This document shows, piece by piece, positions 1 to 10,930 of a stretch of 64,000 nt of DNA. The translations under genes were made by a program, and so were the position numbers. The notes below the pieces were generated by a model. That model was not told the DNA's origin and ran no database searches. It saw only the letters and a program-made list of their open reading frames with translations. Source of the DNA: Picochlorum sp. SENEW3 (Eukaryota). Within the stretch, counting starts at the first letter, position 1. Every line of letters starts with the position of its first letter. The DNA is taken from contig CP120457.1 in assembly GCA_034226945.1 (NCBI GenBank), forward strand, positions 620,001-684,000. Direction: 5' to 3'.

Positions 1-70
1 TGATGGACCCTTGGGAATTTGACGCCAACAACTGCCTTCTCCATTGCCTGGTTTTAGGCCTAAGTGGCAA

Positions 71-180
71 TCATGTATACATATGTATATATATAGGCCC
101 ACAGTTCTGGATAGGAGCGTAATCTGCCGGGGTCGGAACATCACGCAAATTGGTGTTGCTAGTGACGTAACCTAACCTAC
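71..180. repeat. Conserved non-coding element, copy 1 (candidate promoter module)
   Basis: tcatgtatac...gttctggatagg.gcgtaatctgcc.gggtcg..catcacgcaaattggtg...acgtaaccta.cctac matches 4861-4976. Confidence 0.85.
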
Positions 181-630
181 TTTTGCGTATGTCATCTAGA
201 TGATATCTCGTGCGAAAATTGCATTCATAATTCATACTCATAAACACCGCTATTCTCCGATAAAAAAATTATTTCGAATAGTGTGAAATAGTTCAATACA
301 ATTGTCGGGAAAGATTCAGGCTTTCCTTCAGGCGAAATTTATTCTTTTTAGGCGGAACGGTCCTAAGTTCTAGGTTTGTTGGGCACGAGTACGTGTTTCG
401 CTAGGTGGGCTACTGTGGGATTGGGTTTGTGCGGGTTCATGGAAATTATACACTTTTAAAAGTACATCATTAATTAAATACAGCAGAACACTCTGAATGA
501 CTGTTGTTACAGCACGCTGCCATTGTCCTTCTGGCCTATTCAGGCCCTCTGCGCATACCAAAACCAAATAGAATTCGTGTCTTTCTTCAGCCGTATTCAA
601 TCAATCTTCTGGCGGTTTGTGCAGGACGAG

Positions 631-1581
631 ATGCAAGATAAGGAGGCTGCAATTGACGAAGGGGTGGTGGACGTGGAGTTGCTGCTGCAGAATGGGGCCA
701 TCCCACCCAAGCTGGCAGACCGCATACGAGCAGCGGATGCCAATCAGGATGGGCGCCTCTCAGTGCTGGAGCTGGTGGAGGTGATGCGCAGAGAGCAGAA
801 GGCGGTTGAGGACCGCAAGCTATTCCGTAACATAATGTTGGCCCTTCTCGTTGCCGTGCTGGTGCTGATTGCTACGCTGTGTGGCACAGTCTACGGCATT
901 GTCAAGCTGACGCAGGAGGTGAATGACCAGGATGGTTTGCTGGTGTCAGCCTCCACTGGAGAGGTGATGGGCACAGGACTGGCACAGGAACCACTCCCTT
1001 TATCTCGCCTGTATCGTTTCGGTGACTCCTCCGAGTTGAGAAATGTGGAGAGTGTCATTGTCGCCTCGAAGCCGGACGAAGGCAGTGCTGATGGCAGTGA
1101 GGAGGTGCAAATGTTTCGAGTATCCAAAATCAGCGCAGTGCCGAACGTGCGCGCCACGGTATACACAGTCGACGGCAGCAAGCTAGAGGTAGACGACACA
1201 GGTGTGCGTGTGGTGGACCAGGATAATGACGTCACGCAGTCTTCTGGTGGCAGAAGACTTTCTGAGACTGCTCCTGTGCAGACTGGAGGGGACGGCACTG
1301 TGCCAGTTGACGCCTATGTGGTTGCCAACATCTCACCCCGTTCAAATGGATGCGACTCTAGTTTGGTAAACAGTTATAAGTGGTGCTTTGACAACTACTC
1401 GAGTGATAGTGACATAGCGCGTTGTCAAGCACGTGCCCAGCAAAGGTATCAGGAATGCAATGCAACCTCTTGCGACAGTTCCAGTTATATGCGAGCATAT
1501 AAGTGGTGTTTGGACAACTACTCGGGTGACAGTGACATAGCGGGTTGCCAAGCAAGAATGCGGGAAAGGTATAACTGTTAA
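631..1581 (+). CDS. EF-hand + transmembrane protein with C-terminal duplicated Cys-rich module (paralog 1)
   Basis: EF-hand-like loop DANQDGRLSVLE, hydrophobic segment IMLALLVAVLVLIATLCGTVYGIV, GGRRLS, two YKWCxDNY repeats. First ATG is 631; a possible acceptor tgcag ends at 624, so an upstream exon is possible. Confidence 0.8.
   Translation: MQDKEAAIDEGVVDVELLLQNGAIPPKLADRIRAADANQDGRLSVLELVEVMRREQKAVEDRKLFRNIMLALLVAVLVLIATLCGTVYGIVKLTQEVNDQDGLLVSASTGEVMGTGLAQEPLPLSRLYRFGDSSELRNVESVIVASKPDEGSADGSEEVQMFRVSKISAVPNVRATVYTVDGSKLEVDDTGVRVVDQDNDVTQSSGGRRLSETAPVQTGGDGTVPVDAYVVANISPRSNGCDSSLVNSYKWCFDNYSSDSDIARCQARAQQRYQECNATSCDSSSYMRAYKWCLDNYSGDSDIAGCQARMRERYNC
1351..1578 (+). repeat. Internal coding tandem duplication, ~120-bp unit x2
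   Basis: tgcgac at 1351 and 1471; tataagtggtg...gacaactactcg.gtga.agtgacatagcg occurs twice. Confidence 0.85.
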
Positions 1582-1883
1582 TTTTAGCAGGATGCTACAA
1601 AATGGCAGCCTTGTGCCTGCAGTTCCACATGTATGCCTAGCATGGAAAATATCCACGGGTGCATGTACGTATTTGTTGTAAACAAAACATTATTCGTATC
1701 CGTAAGGGCGAATCAAGTCGATTGTGGGATTTCTATTAGTGACTTCAAAAAAATCCTATGGGGGAGCGGGGCGCCTATTAATAATTGATAATTTGATATA
1801 AAGGTGCCAAGTTGGCATCCAATCGCCTCTTAGAACCTCTGAATCAATGCTTATGCATATCCTAGTGCACAAACATAATAAAC

Positions 1884-2285
1884 ATGGTCGCTTGGCTGAT
1901 CCTGTGTGGAGGAATCTTGACTGGATCACTGTCCATGGCATGTCCTCTGTACGAGCCTTGTGACCCAAAGCCCCGGCGAATTTTGCAAGGTGCTTCATCC
2001 CCAAATACTCTCATGATACACCAAGATAGACAACATCTGCATTTGGCATTCGATTTCACGCCAGATACGAGAGAGATGTCGACACAGTGCAAAATTCAAG
2101 CCTCTGACCATGTCCTTTCCATTCAATGTGATTTCAGCTGTTTCCTTCGCCCTAAACCCAATTTGTTGATTCGATATCTCAAAAAAGGCGTCAAATATGT
2201 TATATTGGTATGTATCTCACGGAGATTGGAAAATACTGGGTGGACCGGGACGGTGCGTTGCCTGTGGACGAGCTTGTGGAGGTGA
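1884..2285 (+). CDS. Possible small secreted protein or pseudogene
   Basis: Signal-peptide-like MVAWLILCGGILTGSLSMA followed by CPLYEPCDPKPRRILQ; the 3' end runs out of frame into a paralog fragment. Confidence 0.25.
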   Translation: MVAWLILCGGILTGSLSMACPLYEPCDPKPRRILQGASSPNTLMIHQDRQHLHLAFDFTPDTREMSTQCKIQASDHVLSIQCDFSCFLRPKPNLLIRYLKKGVKYVILVCISRRLENTGWTGTVRCLWTSLWR

Positions 2286-2331
2286 TGCGCCGTGAGATGG
2301 TGGTGTCCGACCGGAAGCTGTTCCGCAACAT
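2240..2331 (+). pseudogene. Decayed fragment of the EF-hand/TM family
   Basis: Closely matches 5627-5721 (gtggaccgggacgg...ttccgcaacat) with a 3-nt deletion; no flanking homology. Confidence 0.85.
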
Positions 2332-2795
2332 GTGGTATAATTTTCAGCAGAGTTTGCTTAATTATTAGTATCATAGGCGGTCGACGTCGACCCGAGTTCT
2401 CAAAATTTTCACACAAGCCATTTTACACAGGGGCCAATACCTTTTCGAATATTGCCAAAAATCCCCATTCTTGTTTCAATAGACATGGGATTTTTTCTTA
2501 CCATCTTTCCGATGAATCGGTCGAAATAATAAAATACGCCTCTCAGGTAAATTTGGTATTTAAGGAGGCCACCATCGATGGAAGGATCCTTTCTGTAAGT
2601 GCGACTGATCGATCGGTCATCGATGACGTGATATCATATCATCACCCTATATCGATATAAATCATCATATATCACACGCATCGCTCGTCCGCGCACCCAC
2701 TGCCTCTTCAAAATCAACAATTCACGGAGACTGGAAAATAGAAAAAGATATTTGCTTTGTGGTTGGATCCAACAAATTTGTCGCAAAAACCTAAC

Positions 2796-3305
2796 ATGAA
2801 TTTCTTGGCCTTATCTACGCTCTTGCTGCTTGCAACGCTGCAAAACACCCAAGCCCGTTCTTGCGTGGTCGGAGTGGATAAAATCGATATTGATAATTTG
2901 GATTATGAATATGGATCGCGCAAACTTCTCCCAAAATTCTGCCCGAAGGAGAAGTTTGAAGAGATGTCGCCACAAAAGGCAACCACTCAGCAGAGGAGTG
3001 AATCATTTGAGATGGTATCGGCGGCATTGAAACGCTTTAACGACGACACCAAAGAAGGGAGATGTGCGTATGGATTTGCGGAGGTCAATGTGCTTGACGG
3101 AGTTGGTTGTCGTCTGAAACCAGGCCAGAAGATGGATATGGGAACCAAAACCTATACAGCCACCAGGCCAAGCTCGTCAAGTGGCCGAAGCAATGGGTAT
3201 GCCAAAAAGTCAGTTGTCGTAGAATATACCTGCCTAGGAAACGCTGGAAATAAACGTTATGTGGCTCTGGCGTACGATGCCAAGTTCACGACGAAATGTA
3301 TGTAA
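2796..3305 (+). CDS. Secreted Cys-containing protein, unknown function
   Basis: Signal peptide MNFLALSTLLLLATLQNTQA; 6 Cys in the mature part; internal RKLL. Confidence 0.75.
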   Translation: MNFLALSTLLLLATLQNTQARSCVVGVDKIDIDNLDYEYGSRKLLPKFCPKEKFEEMSPQKATTQQRSESFEMVSAALKRFNDDTKEGRCAYGFAEVNVLDGVGCRLKPGQKMDMGTKTYTATRPSSSSGRSNGYAKKSVVVEYTCLGNAGNKRYVALAYDAKFTTKCM

Positions 3306-3922
3306 GTTGTCCATGAGCAAGCATTACTCAAGCAGGCCACAACTGTGGTACCTGATCACCAGAATGGACTTCACTCTCTTGTGAATGTGAACCATTTGCG
3401 GCGCCTGAGTGCATTATCCCATGATCTCCACAATGTTGCGTACTTTTTTTTCTCGTTGTAATATACAGCCTTCGTTTTTATTCTTTAGAGTTGATGTATC
3501 CTGATCGGAGATACAGCAACGATCGACCAAATATTCATGGATATTGCTGATCAGCACGAGAGAGTCCACAGTAGTCCAATCATCACCATGTTGACTGCCA
3601 CCTACTGAACGAGTTTTTCGGCCTAATGAGGCATATGACAAACCAGAGAGGCTTTTCTAGAGAAATTTGACAGGAGAAATTCGCACTTTATCACCCATCC
3701 ACGCCATACTACGATTGCGTGAATTTGAATCTGTCATTCTCAATGACATCAGCCAAGGCTCGTTACATAATTATGTAAATGAAATCATGTGAACGACATT
3801 CTACATACTTAATGTCTCAAATGAGGATGAGATAGACAGAGTTTGACACATCATACACCTCTTGTTTCAGATTCTTGGCTGCCCCTGTCCACAGCCCAAA
3901 GTAGGGAACAATGGTATTGCAC

Positions 3923-4752
3923 TCACAACAAAAAGATAGCGGCAGTAGCAAAGATTGAGGCGAAAGCACCACCGATGGAACGTATGCCAGAGCCTGGAGG
4001 TGGATTTGGAGATGAATCCAGAGATGGGCTTGGTGATGGCCAATCTGCGCTTGGGTCATGCAACAAGAGACCAGTTGAAGGGAAGAACACCTGGGAGCTC
4101 TCTCCGTCGGGAGAAGAACAAGTAATAGGAGGTAGAACAGTGACGTTGTTGACCGATCCAGCAATAGAAATACCACGGGGGTTGGCATCATCAGTCTCAA
4201 GCAACGTAGCTGGAGAGCCATCAACCTCAAACCTCAAGGTACCTCCAGCAATATCCGTCGCAACCTTCGCATCCTCTCCTTCAACTGTGGCAATATGCCT
4301 CGAGAGAATAGAGCCTAAGAGATCAGTGTCACCCAGCAATTCTTCAGCCGTCATGTTGAAGCTGTCTTGAGCAACATAATACAGATCATCAAAAGCGCTA
4401 TCCCTGGGCATGATGAATACCAAGTTTCCTTCTGGGGCATCACCAATGTCAACATTTGCAGTGGCGTTAAAAATAGCAGAGAGATTCGAAAAGGATGGAG
4501 CAGCCAAAATTTCATATGCTTCGGCACAGAGAGGGATCTCTCCAATAGTGGTGGCTCCAGCTCCACACAACAGGGCTACAGGTCAAAATGCAATGGTGTC
4601 ACACCGATCGTAACCGAACACGTGTCGGCCTCTGCGATATCACCGATAACTATGTATGGGGGTATATATACACGTTGAGCAACACAAACTCCGTCCCGAG
4701 TGCAGATTTGTCACGCACCCAACGTCAACAAAGCCACGTATTCTTTCATCAT
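3923..4752 (-). CDS. Fasciclin (FAS1)-like, probably GPI-anchored cell-surface protein
   Basis: Exons 4752-4719 and 4575-3923; splicing the GTGCGT..CTGTAG intron creates signal peptide MMKEYVALLTLALLCGAGA. FAS1-like VFIMPRDSAF and ILSRHI, Pro/Ser linker, hydrophobic C-terminus. Confidence 0.65.
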
Positions 4753-4860
4753 GCAACCGGTTTGCAACAATATCCTTGACAGCCTGGCTTGTTGGCGAAG
4801 GAAAATGCAAAATCTTTTGAGTCTTGTTGTATGTGAGCCCATGCGCTGCTCCAGACAGAC

Positions 4861-4976
4861 TCATGTATACATGTATGGATCCACGGTTCTGGATAGGTGC
4901 GTAATCTGCCAGGGTCGAACCATCACGCAAATTGGTGCTTTTATAAAAAACTAATTAGTCACGTAACCTAGCCTAC
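4861..4976. repeat. Conserved non-coding element, copy 2
   Basis: Matches 71-180; lies between the divergent FAS1-like and EF-hand/TM genes. Confidence 0.85.
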
Positions 4977-5431
4977 CTGCGTCCGTTATCTCATCAGGCC
5001 TTCCATCGAGCCGGATCGATTGGCAGGAATCTTGCACGAGGGCACGCCGGCAACCCTGGCGCGGAATATTGTTATTGAAAAGATAGACTATAAATTTGTT
5101 TTCCAATTGTGTTTTGGGCAAACAAACCATCCATAAAGGCGCGTTCTTTGATGTGTCGTTACGCACGCAGGCGTGTGGGCTTCTGTCCCTGTAGTGTTGT
5201 TGAGCAGCAACTGGACCCCATCATTGGGGTATTGCTGTCTTTTGTTTCAAATATAACATACACATGATATGATACGATCGTACTTGATTGCTTCGTTGCT
5301 GGTGTTTGCAGACACTTGCTCACTCGCACGGTCTGAAATACAACCAAGGGTGAGAAGAACATTGAGAAAAGGACACCGAGGCAGAGATCAGGCATCGGGC
5401 CCTGGACCAGAAGATTCGACAGTGGTACGAT

Positions 5432-6355
5432 ATGAGTAGTCCCTACCCGGCACAAGGTGATGGTGACAAGGATGGGCCCACGCCTGGACTGGGAAAGTCT
5501 TCCGTTACACCTCCCCCTGTGGCATACGAGAAGGGTGATACCGTGGTGGACGTGGAGTCATTGCTCCGCTCCTGCAGCGCCAAGGGCCTGTCTGCAAAGC
5601 TGACGGACCGCATCCGGGAGGCGGATGTGGACCGGGACGGCGTGCTGTCTGTGGACGAGCTTGTGGAGGTGATGCGGCGTGAGATGCAGGCGGTGTCCGA
5701 CCGGAAGTTGTTCCGCAACATCCTGCTTGCCCTTTTTGTGGCGGTGCTGGTGCTGATTGCAACTCTATGTGGCACAGTGTATGCCATCGTGGACTTGAGC
5801 AAGGAGGTGAAGAATGACAATGGGGTGCTGGTATCCTCGTCCTCTGGTGATGTCATGTCAACAGGCTCTGCCCAGCAGACGGTGACTGTTGGTCCAGAGC
5901 TGCTGGCTCTGCTCGACTTCCCCGAATCACTCAGCAATGTTCACTCATTGGTCATTCCTTCCATGGGAGGTGATGAGACGACGGTGTACAAGATTGCGAA
6001 ACTCATCTCGTCGCCTGGCACAGGTTCCATGAATATTGCCACAGTGGACGGCACACTGCTGCTCGTGAACCAGTCTGGCGTGTACGAGCGCTCCGAGTCC
6101 GATGAATACATGCCTGTATTTGAAATGTCTGATAGCCGTCGTAAGCTGCTGATCGACAGTGTCGAGCGACCAGGTTCCCAAGGAGCTCCAAGTGTGGTTG
6201 TGAGCGTGGGATCTGGTCCCATAACACCCAGGTACACCCGGCCCATAACACCCAGCCCATGCGTCAATTGTTATAAAGCGTGCTATGATAATTACGAAAA
6301 CGCCGGTGATGTCAGTGATTGTTTCGGGCGATGTCATAAAATACATTATTGTTGA
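5432..6355 (+). CDS. EF-hand + transmembrane protein with C-terminal Cys-rich module (paralog 2)
   Basis: DVDRDGVLSVDE loop; TM segment nearly identical to paralog 1; SRRKLL; CVNCYKACYDNY...CFGRCHKIHYC. Confidence 0.85.
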   Translation: MSSPYPAQGDGDKDGPTPGLGKSSVTPPPVAYEKGDTVVDVESLLRSCSAKGLSAKLTDRIREADVDRDGVLSVDELVEVMRREMQAVSDRKLFRNILLALFVAVLVLIATLCGTVYAIVDLSKEVKNDNGVLVSSSSGDVMSTGSAQQTVTVGPELLALLDFPESLSNVHSLVIPSMGGDETTVYKIAKLISSPGTGSMNIATVDGTLLLVNQSGVYERSESDEYMPVFEMSDSRRKLLIDSVERPGSQGAPSVVVSVGSGPITPRYTRPITPSPCVNCYKACYDNYENAGDVSDCFGRCHKIHYC

Positions 6356-6850
6356 TCAACAGTACTTTGCTGTAATCAACAGCAACAAGTGCATACAGAC
6401 TGCGCAGGGCATGCTGTTGATTGTGAAGACATCATCCAAGCAGGAATGAAATCAATTGCAGCGCACCCAAACCGAAAATATTAACAATACCAAATACTGA
6501 TACTAGTGGGTATTGTTAAATAATACTTGTACAGATATGAAACATTGGTACATGAAATTGCTTGTATTCTCTGAAATGCCATCAACATGGATGGATGCCA
6601 CAAAGGGCATGTTTGATGCTAAAAAACACTGGCCAAACTAATCAATCCAGAACCAGGACACAATCCAACCAATGCTCATTGTAATCAAAATATAGCAGAA
6701 CCACCAAGCAACCCAGCATTTGAAGTGTGTTGGGGGAGATTGCAATGCAGAATAAGGCTGGCCCATACAAGGACATGTGGGAACTAAGCAAGGAAAGCAA
6801 AGTGCACGTGTAATAATTATTTGGTATGTATGTAATATCGTAGTAGGTAT

Positions 6851-9690
6851 ATGGATGATGCTGGACATGATGGTAGCGAGGCTACCAGGAATTCGACAAG
6901 GCCTTTGGGGAGAGGGTCAAGAGATTTCTCGACACTGGTCCGTGGGAAGAGGAAGCGGATTTGGGATGTTACAGAGTCTATAGATTACACACCATTTAAC
7001 AATCGGGTGGCGCTGAGGCGATATGGGGGTGTGGGGGAGCAGTCGAGGAGTATTTATGGATTTTCCGGTAGGACGTTTTTTACCCTACTGGCGACATTGT
7101 TGACTGGGATTCTGATTGGGATAACTGGGAAGATGTTGGAGGTTGGAATTGATGTTGGGGTGGGCCTGCGGAATAGATTGGTGATGGGGTTGTTGTTGGG
7201 GCAGCAGGGGACGGTCAGCTGTGACCTGGCTCTGGTGGGGCTGAGCGTGGTGACGGTGGGGGTGAGTGCGAGTGCGGTGCAGTGGTTGGCGCCTGGGGCT
7301 GCTGGGTCTGGAGTGAGTCTTGTGATGGCGTTGTTGAATGGGAATGATATCGCTGGGTTGTTGACGCCAATGGTGTTTGTGGTCAAGTTGGTTGGGACGG
7401 CATTGTCTCGGATGGCGTGCTTGGCATTGGGGCCAGAGGCTCCTTTGGTGCATTTGGGGGCGTGTGTGGCGTCAATTGTGTTTTATTCTGGTCAGCGTGC
7501 GTATCGTGCATCAACCTTTTCATGCGATCTTGTTGGGTTGCTTGAACCAATCATAATAACAAAAACAATGACCATGATGCAGGTATTGTGGATTTGAGGA
7601 GGTTGCGAGAGAGGAGGGAGATTTTGAGAGTGACGAGGGATCCAGTGTTTTCGAATGCGAGTCTGAGGCAGTTGATATCGGCTGGGGCGGCGGCGGGTAT
7701 GGCAGTGGCTTTTGGGGCGCCTGTAGGTGGTGTGCTGTTTGCGCTTGAGGAGGCATGTAGTGTGTGGTCGAAAAAGACTGCATGGAGGTGCTTGCTGGCG
7801 ACAGCGATTGCCGTGTTTTCAATGTCTCAAATATTTCCGGCGTTGGGTGGGGGATATATTCTGTCATTTTCTGGTATTTATCCTCTGTCTGACAGACAAT
7901 GGTTGTTTCAGTTGCCATTTGTGGTGTTTATGAGTGCTGTATCTGGGCTCTTGGGTGCGTTTTTTAATCTCATGCGCCGAAAGATGCAGCGGCATAGGGT
8001 ATCAAAGCGAAAGCATATGCTGAGAGTGTTGGAGGCATGTGGCGTCGCATTGGTGTCTTCTTCAGCATTTTTATTACTTCCCAGGCGGTTTGGTCAGTGT
8101 CTTGATCTGCCACCAACGTGGGAGGAGAGCCAAGTATTACAGTATGATTGCCCTGCGGGACAATATAATGACCTTGCGACGGCCCTCTTCGCAAGTGCTC
8201 CAGTGACGATTCGGAGTTTCTTAGGTCTAGGTAGCGAAAGTGAGCCTATAAATAGGATTTGTACGGCATCAATGCCCTGTTATTACACGCTGACTGCACT
8301 GATTTGTGTGAGTATGACGTATCTGGCATTGATGGTACTATCTTCTGGGTTGGCTGTGCCAGGAGGGTTGTTCATGCCTTCTGCAATGGTTGGTGGAGCC
8401 CTCGGAGCTTTCTTTGGCATTTTGATCAATCCTATTGTGCCCATGTCGTGGGACATTCAACCTGGAGTGTATGCGATTGTTGGAGCTGCAGCAATGCTTG
8501 CAGCAGTCTTCAGAAGCAGTGTGTCTCTGGTTGTCATTCTGGTGGAGGGCACGAGGGGTATCAATTTCCTTCCGGGGATATTAATTGCTGTGATTATATC
8601 AAATTTTATTGCTCATTGGATTCATCCAGATGGTATTTACGAGTCTGAATTGGAAGTGGATGGACGTGTCTTCTTCTTACGACAGGAACCTCCTGGGAGG
8701 TTGAGGAGCAAGACTGCAGAGTCATTGATGGCATCCCCTGTGGTGGGTTTGTACGAATTTGAATCCGTTGCTCGTGTGCTTCAGGTGCTATCTTCCACAA
8801 CGCACAATGGGTTTCCTGTATTTGCATCAGATCGCTCTGGCAGTAGTGCACGGCCACGTCTATCTGGGTTTATTTTGAGATCACAGTTGCTGATTTTATT
8901 GGGTGAACAGGTGTTTTGTGATGAAGAGGGTGATTATTTGAGTCATCCTTCTGGGATGGAGCAATCAGAATATGAGGAAAGGTTGGATGCATTGATGCAT
9001 CATGCTGTTCATGGAGGAAGTGAGATTGTTGATGCTCTGGTGGAGGATAGTGATGATGAGCAGGATGGGGATGGTGGGGAATTCTCTGTGCCAAAAATCA
9101 TGTCAAAAGCTCTTCAGATAATGGAGGATCTGTCAAGAGAACCTTCATTTGCTGATATACTATCTGCACAGGAGAATGGAAATGGATCGACATCGCGGGA
9201 GTTTTCCTCGTCGAGGCTGACAGAGATGATGGCAGATTCGTACATCAATTTGTCGCCCTTTATGGATTTGGGGATGATCACAGTGAGGCCAGATACCCCC
9301 GCTGCCCACGTGCATCAAATGTTTGTCACAATGTCTCTTCGACACTTGTGCGTGACAGATTCCTTGAATGGAATTCTTGGTATCGTGACACGAAAAGATT
9401 TGGATAGAGCCGCGGGGCATGGATGGTGGAGGAGTAATAAGATTGCCCCAGATCCTCCAAAGGACACTGCAGTGCTCCGATCCACAAGTTGGTTCCAATC
9501 CTCCCTTCAGGCTATTGCTGTGCCACCGCGCCGTATGCTTTCTGATTTACTCCAAAGTCTATCCCCGAGTCCTTCCATGGAGCGCACTGTATCATCGCTC
9601 GCAGAACAACATGTACATCCATCTTTGGAACATTTGTTGCAGGGAGAAGAGTCTCCCCAAGATAGTCTAGAGGATAACGTGTCACAGTGA
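6851..9690 (+). CDS. CLC: CLC-family chloride channel/antiporter with CBS domains
   Basis: Exons 6851-7496 and 7583-9690; GSGVS, GPEAP, AFGAPVGGVLFALEE, GLFMP, GIY; CBS motifs THNGFPV and GIVTRKDL. Confidence 0.93.
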
Positions 9691-9739
9691 CTCTAACAAT
9701 AAAGTACCAAATAAATGTATGAATATATTGTAATCGCAT

Positions 9740-10930
9740 CTATTTTTGTTTTCGTTGCTCTTCTTGTACTCGTAATGCTGAAGAACTCAACTTGCTATCC
9801 TCACCTGCTGCTGCTGACAGGAGCCCAACAACAATGATTATCAATGGGTGGAAGCCTAGCTCAGCTCGGACTCTATTTATCTCGTGAGCACCCCCTACTG
9901 TTTCCTCAGAGACGACAATAGCATCAAAATTTTCTTCAGTTGCACAGAGTGGAGGGATGCGTGGATCAGTGAGTGGGCCAGCAGAGACCAACTCTAGAGT
10001 AGGATTCACTGTCTGGATGAACCTCACTGCAGCGTCACAGCGCTCCTCGTACGATTGTAGCAATTCTTTTGCCTTTTTGTTCTGAAGTAGTTTATCGGAG
10101 GTTACTCCAATAAAAACCTTGTGAGTGGTCACCATGGCAGTTGCACCAAGCAAGAGTCTATGTCCAGCATGGAATCTATCAAACGTACCCCCAACAGCAA
10201 CATTTTTAAACCTCAAAGAATCTTCGTCACGAGACCATGCATTCGAACTAGAAGATATCGATGGCAGTATAATGCGCGAGGTGCGTAGCGGAGCAACAAC
10301 TGACGGGATCTGCACACGCCGCAAAGATGGAATTTGCCCACAGGGCTGCATCATTCTTTGAAATCCACCAGATTGGGGAGTCAGCTCGCCACACAGGACG
10401 TTCTTATCAGGAGCTAGAGATGCAACGTCCTCATCTTTATAAAGAAACTCAAAAACCGGAATGACGCGAAGGGTGGGTTGACGCAACGCGATTGGCAAAA
10501 GGACATTATACAAGACATCTAGTGTGTCCAGCGTCGGCTCTGCATCATCCACTGCTGGCACAGCAACGTACAACACAGCACAAGATTCGCCATGATCGGA
10601 CAAGACATCATTCAAAAGACCCAAAGACTCTTCGTATGACTCGACCGAGGATCGATCAATCAGCAACCACATTGTGCTCGTAGTGTGCTCATCCATCTGT
10701 GGCTGGCACCCACAACAAGAAAACGTTGACCAAGCCCTCCTTCCACCAGAGTCCAGGTATCTGGATCTAATTCCGTTCCAGAATACGTTCAATCTATTAT
10801 GAAAAGGTCTAGATGGCGCCACGTCTCGAGCTCGCTGTGTAGACAGCCCTCTACAGTTGGTTTTCCCTAGATATGTCGGTACCCTCGATAGTAAAGTGCT
10901 CCGATCCACTGACAGGATACCTCCATCCAT
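9740..10930 (-). CDS. COAD: Phosphopantetheine adenylyltransferase (CoaD/PPAT, eukaryotic type)
   Basis: VAVGGTFDRFHAGH, IVVSEET, KLSSS; start uncertain (ATG 10930 or 10696). Confidence 0.85.
   Translation of the reverse strand: MDGGILSVDRSTLLSRVPTYLGKTNCRGLSTQRARDVAPSRPFHNRLNVFWNGIRSRYLDSGGRRAWSTFSCCGCQPQMDEHTTSTMWLLIDRSSVESYEESLGLLNDVLSDHGESCAVLYVAVPAVDDAEPTLDTLDVLYNVLLPIALRQPTLRVIPVFEFLYKDEDVASLAPDKNVLCGELTPQSGGFQRMMQPCGQIPSLRRVQIPSVVAPLRTSRIILPSISSSSNAWSRDEDSLRFKNVAVGGTFDRFHAGHRLLLGATAMVTTHKVFIGVTSDKLLQNKKAKELLQSYEERCDAAVRFIQTVNPTLELVSAGPLTDPRIPPLCATEENFDAIVVSEETVGGAHEINRVRAELGFHPLIIIVVGLLSAAAGEDSKLSSSALRVQEEQRKQK

Noticed and set aside
6353..6484. 42 open codons with 4 Cys after the TGA of paralog 2 (readthrough or selenocysteine?)
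   Set aside because: Paralog 1 stops with TAA at the equivalent terminal Cys, no SECIS was recognised, and this length is compatible with chance
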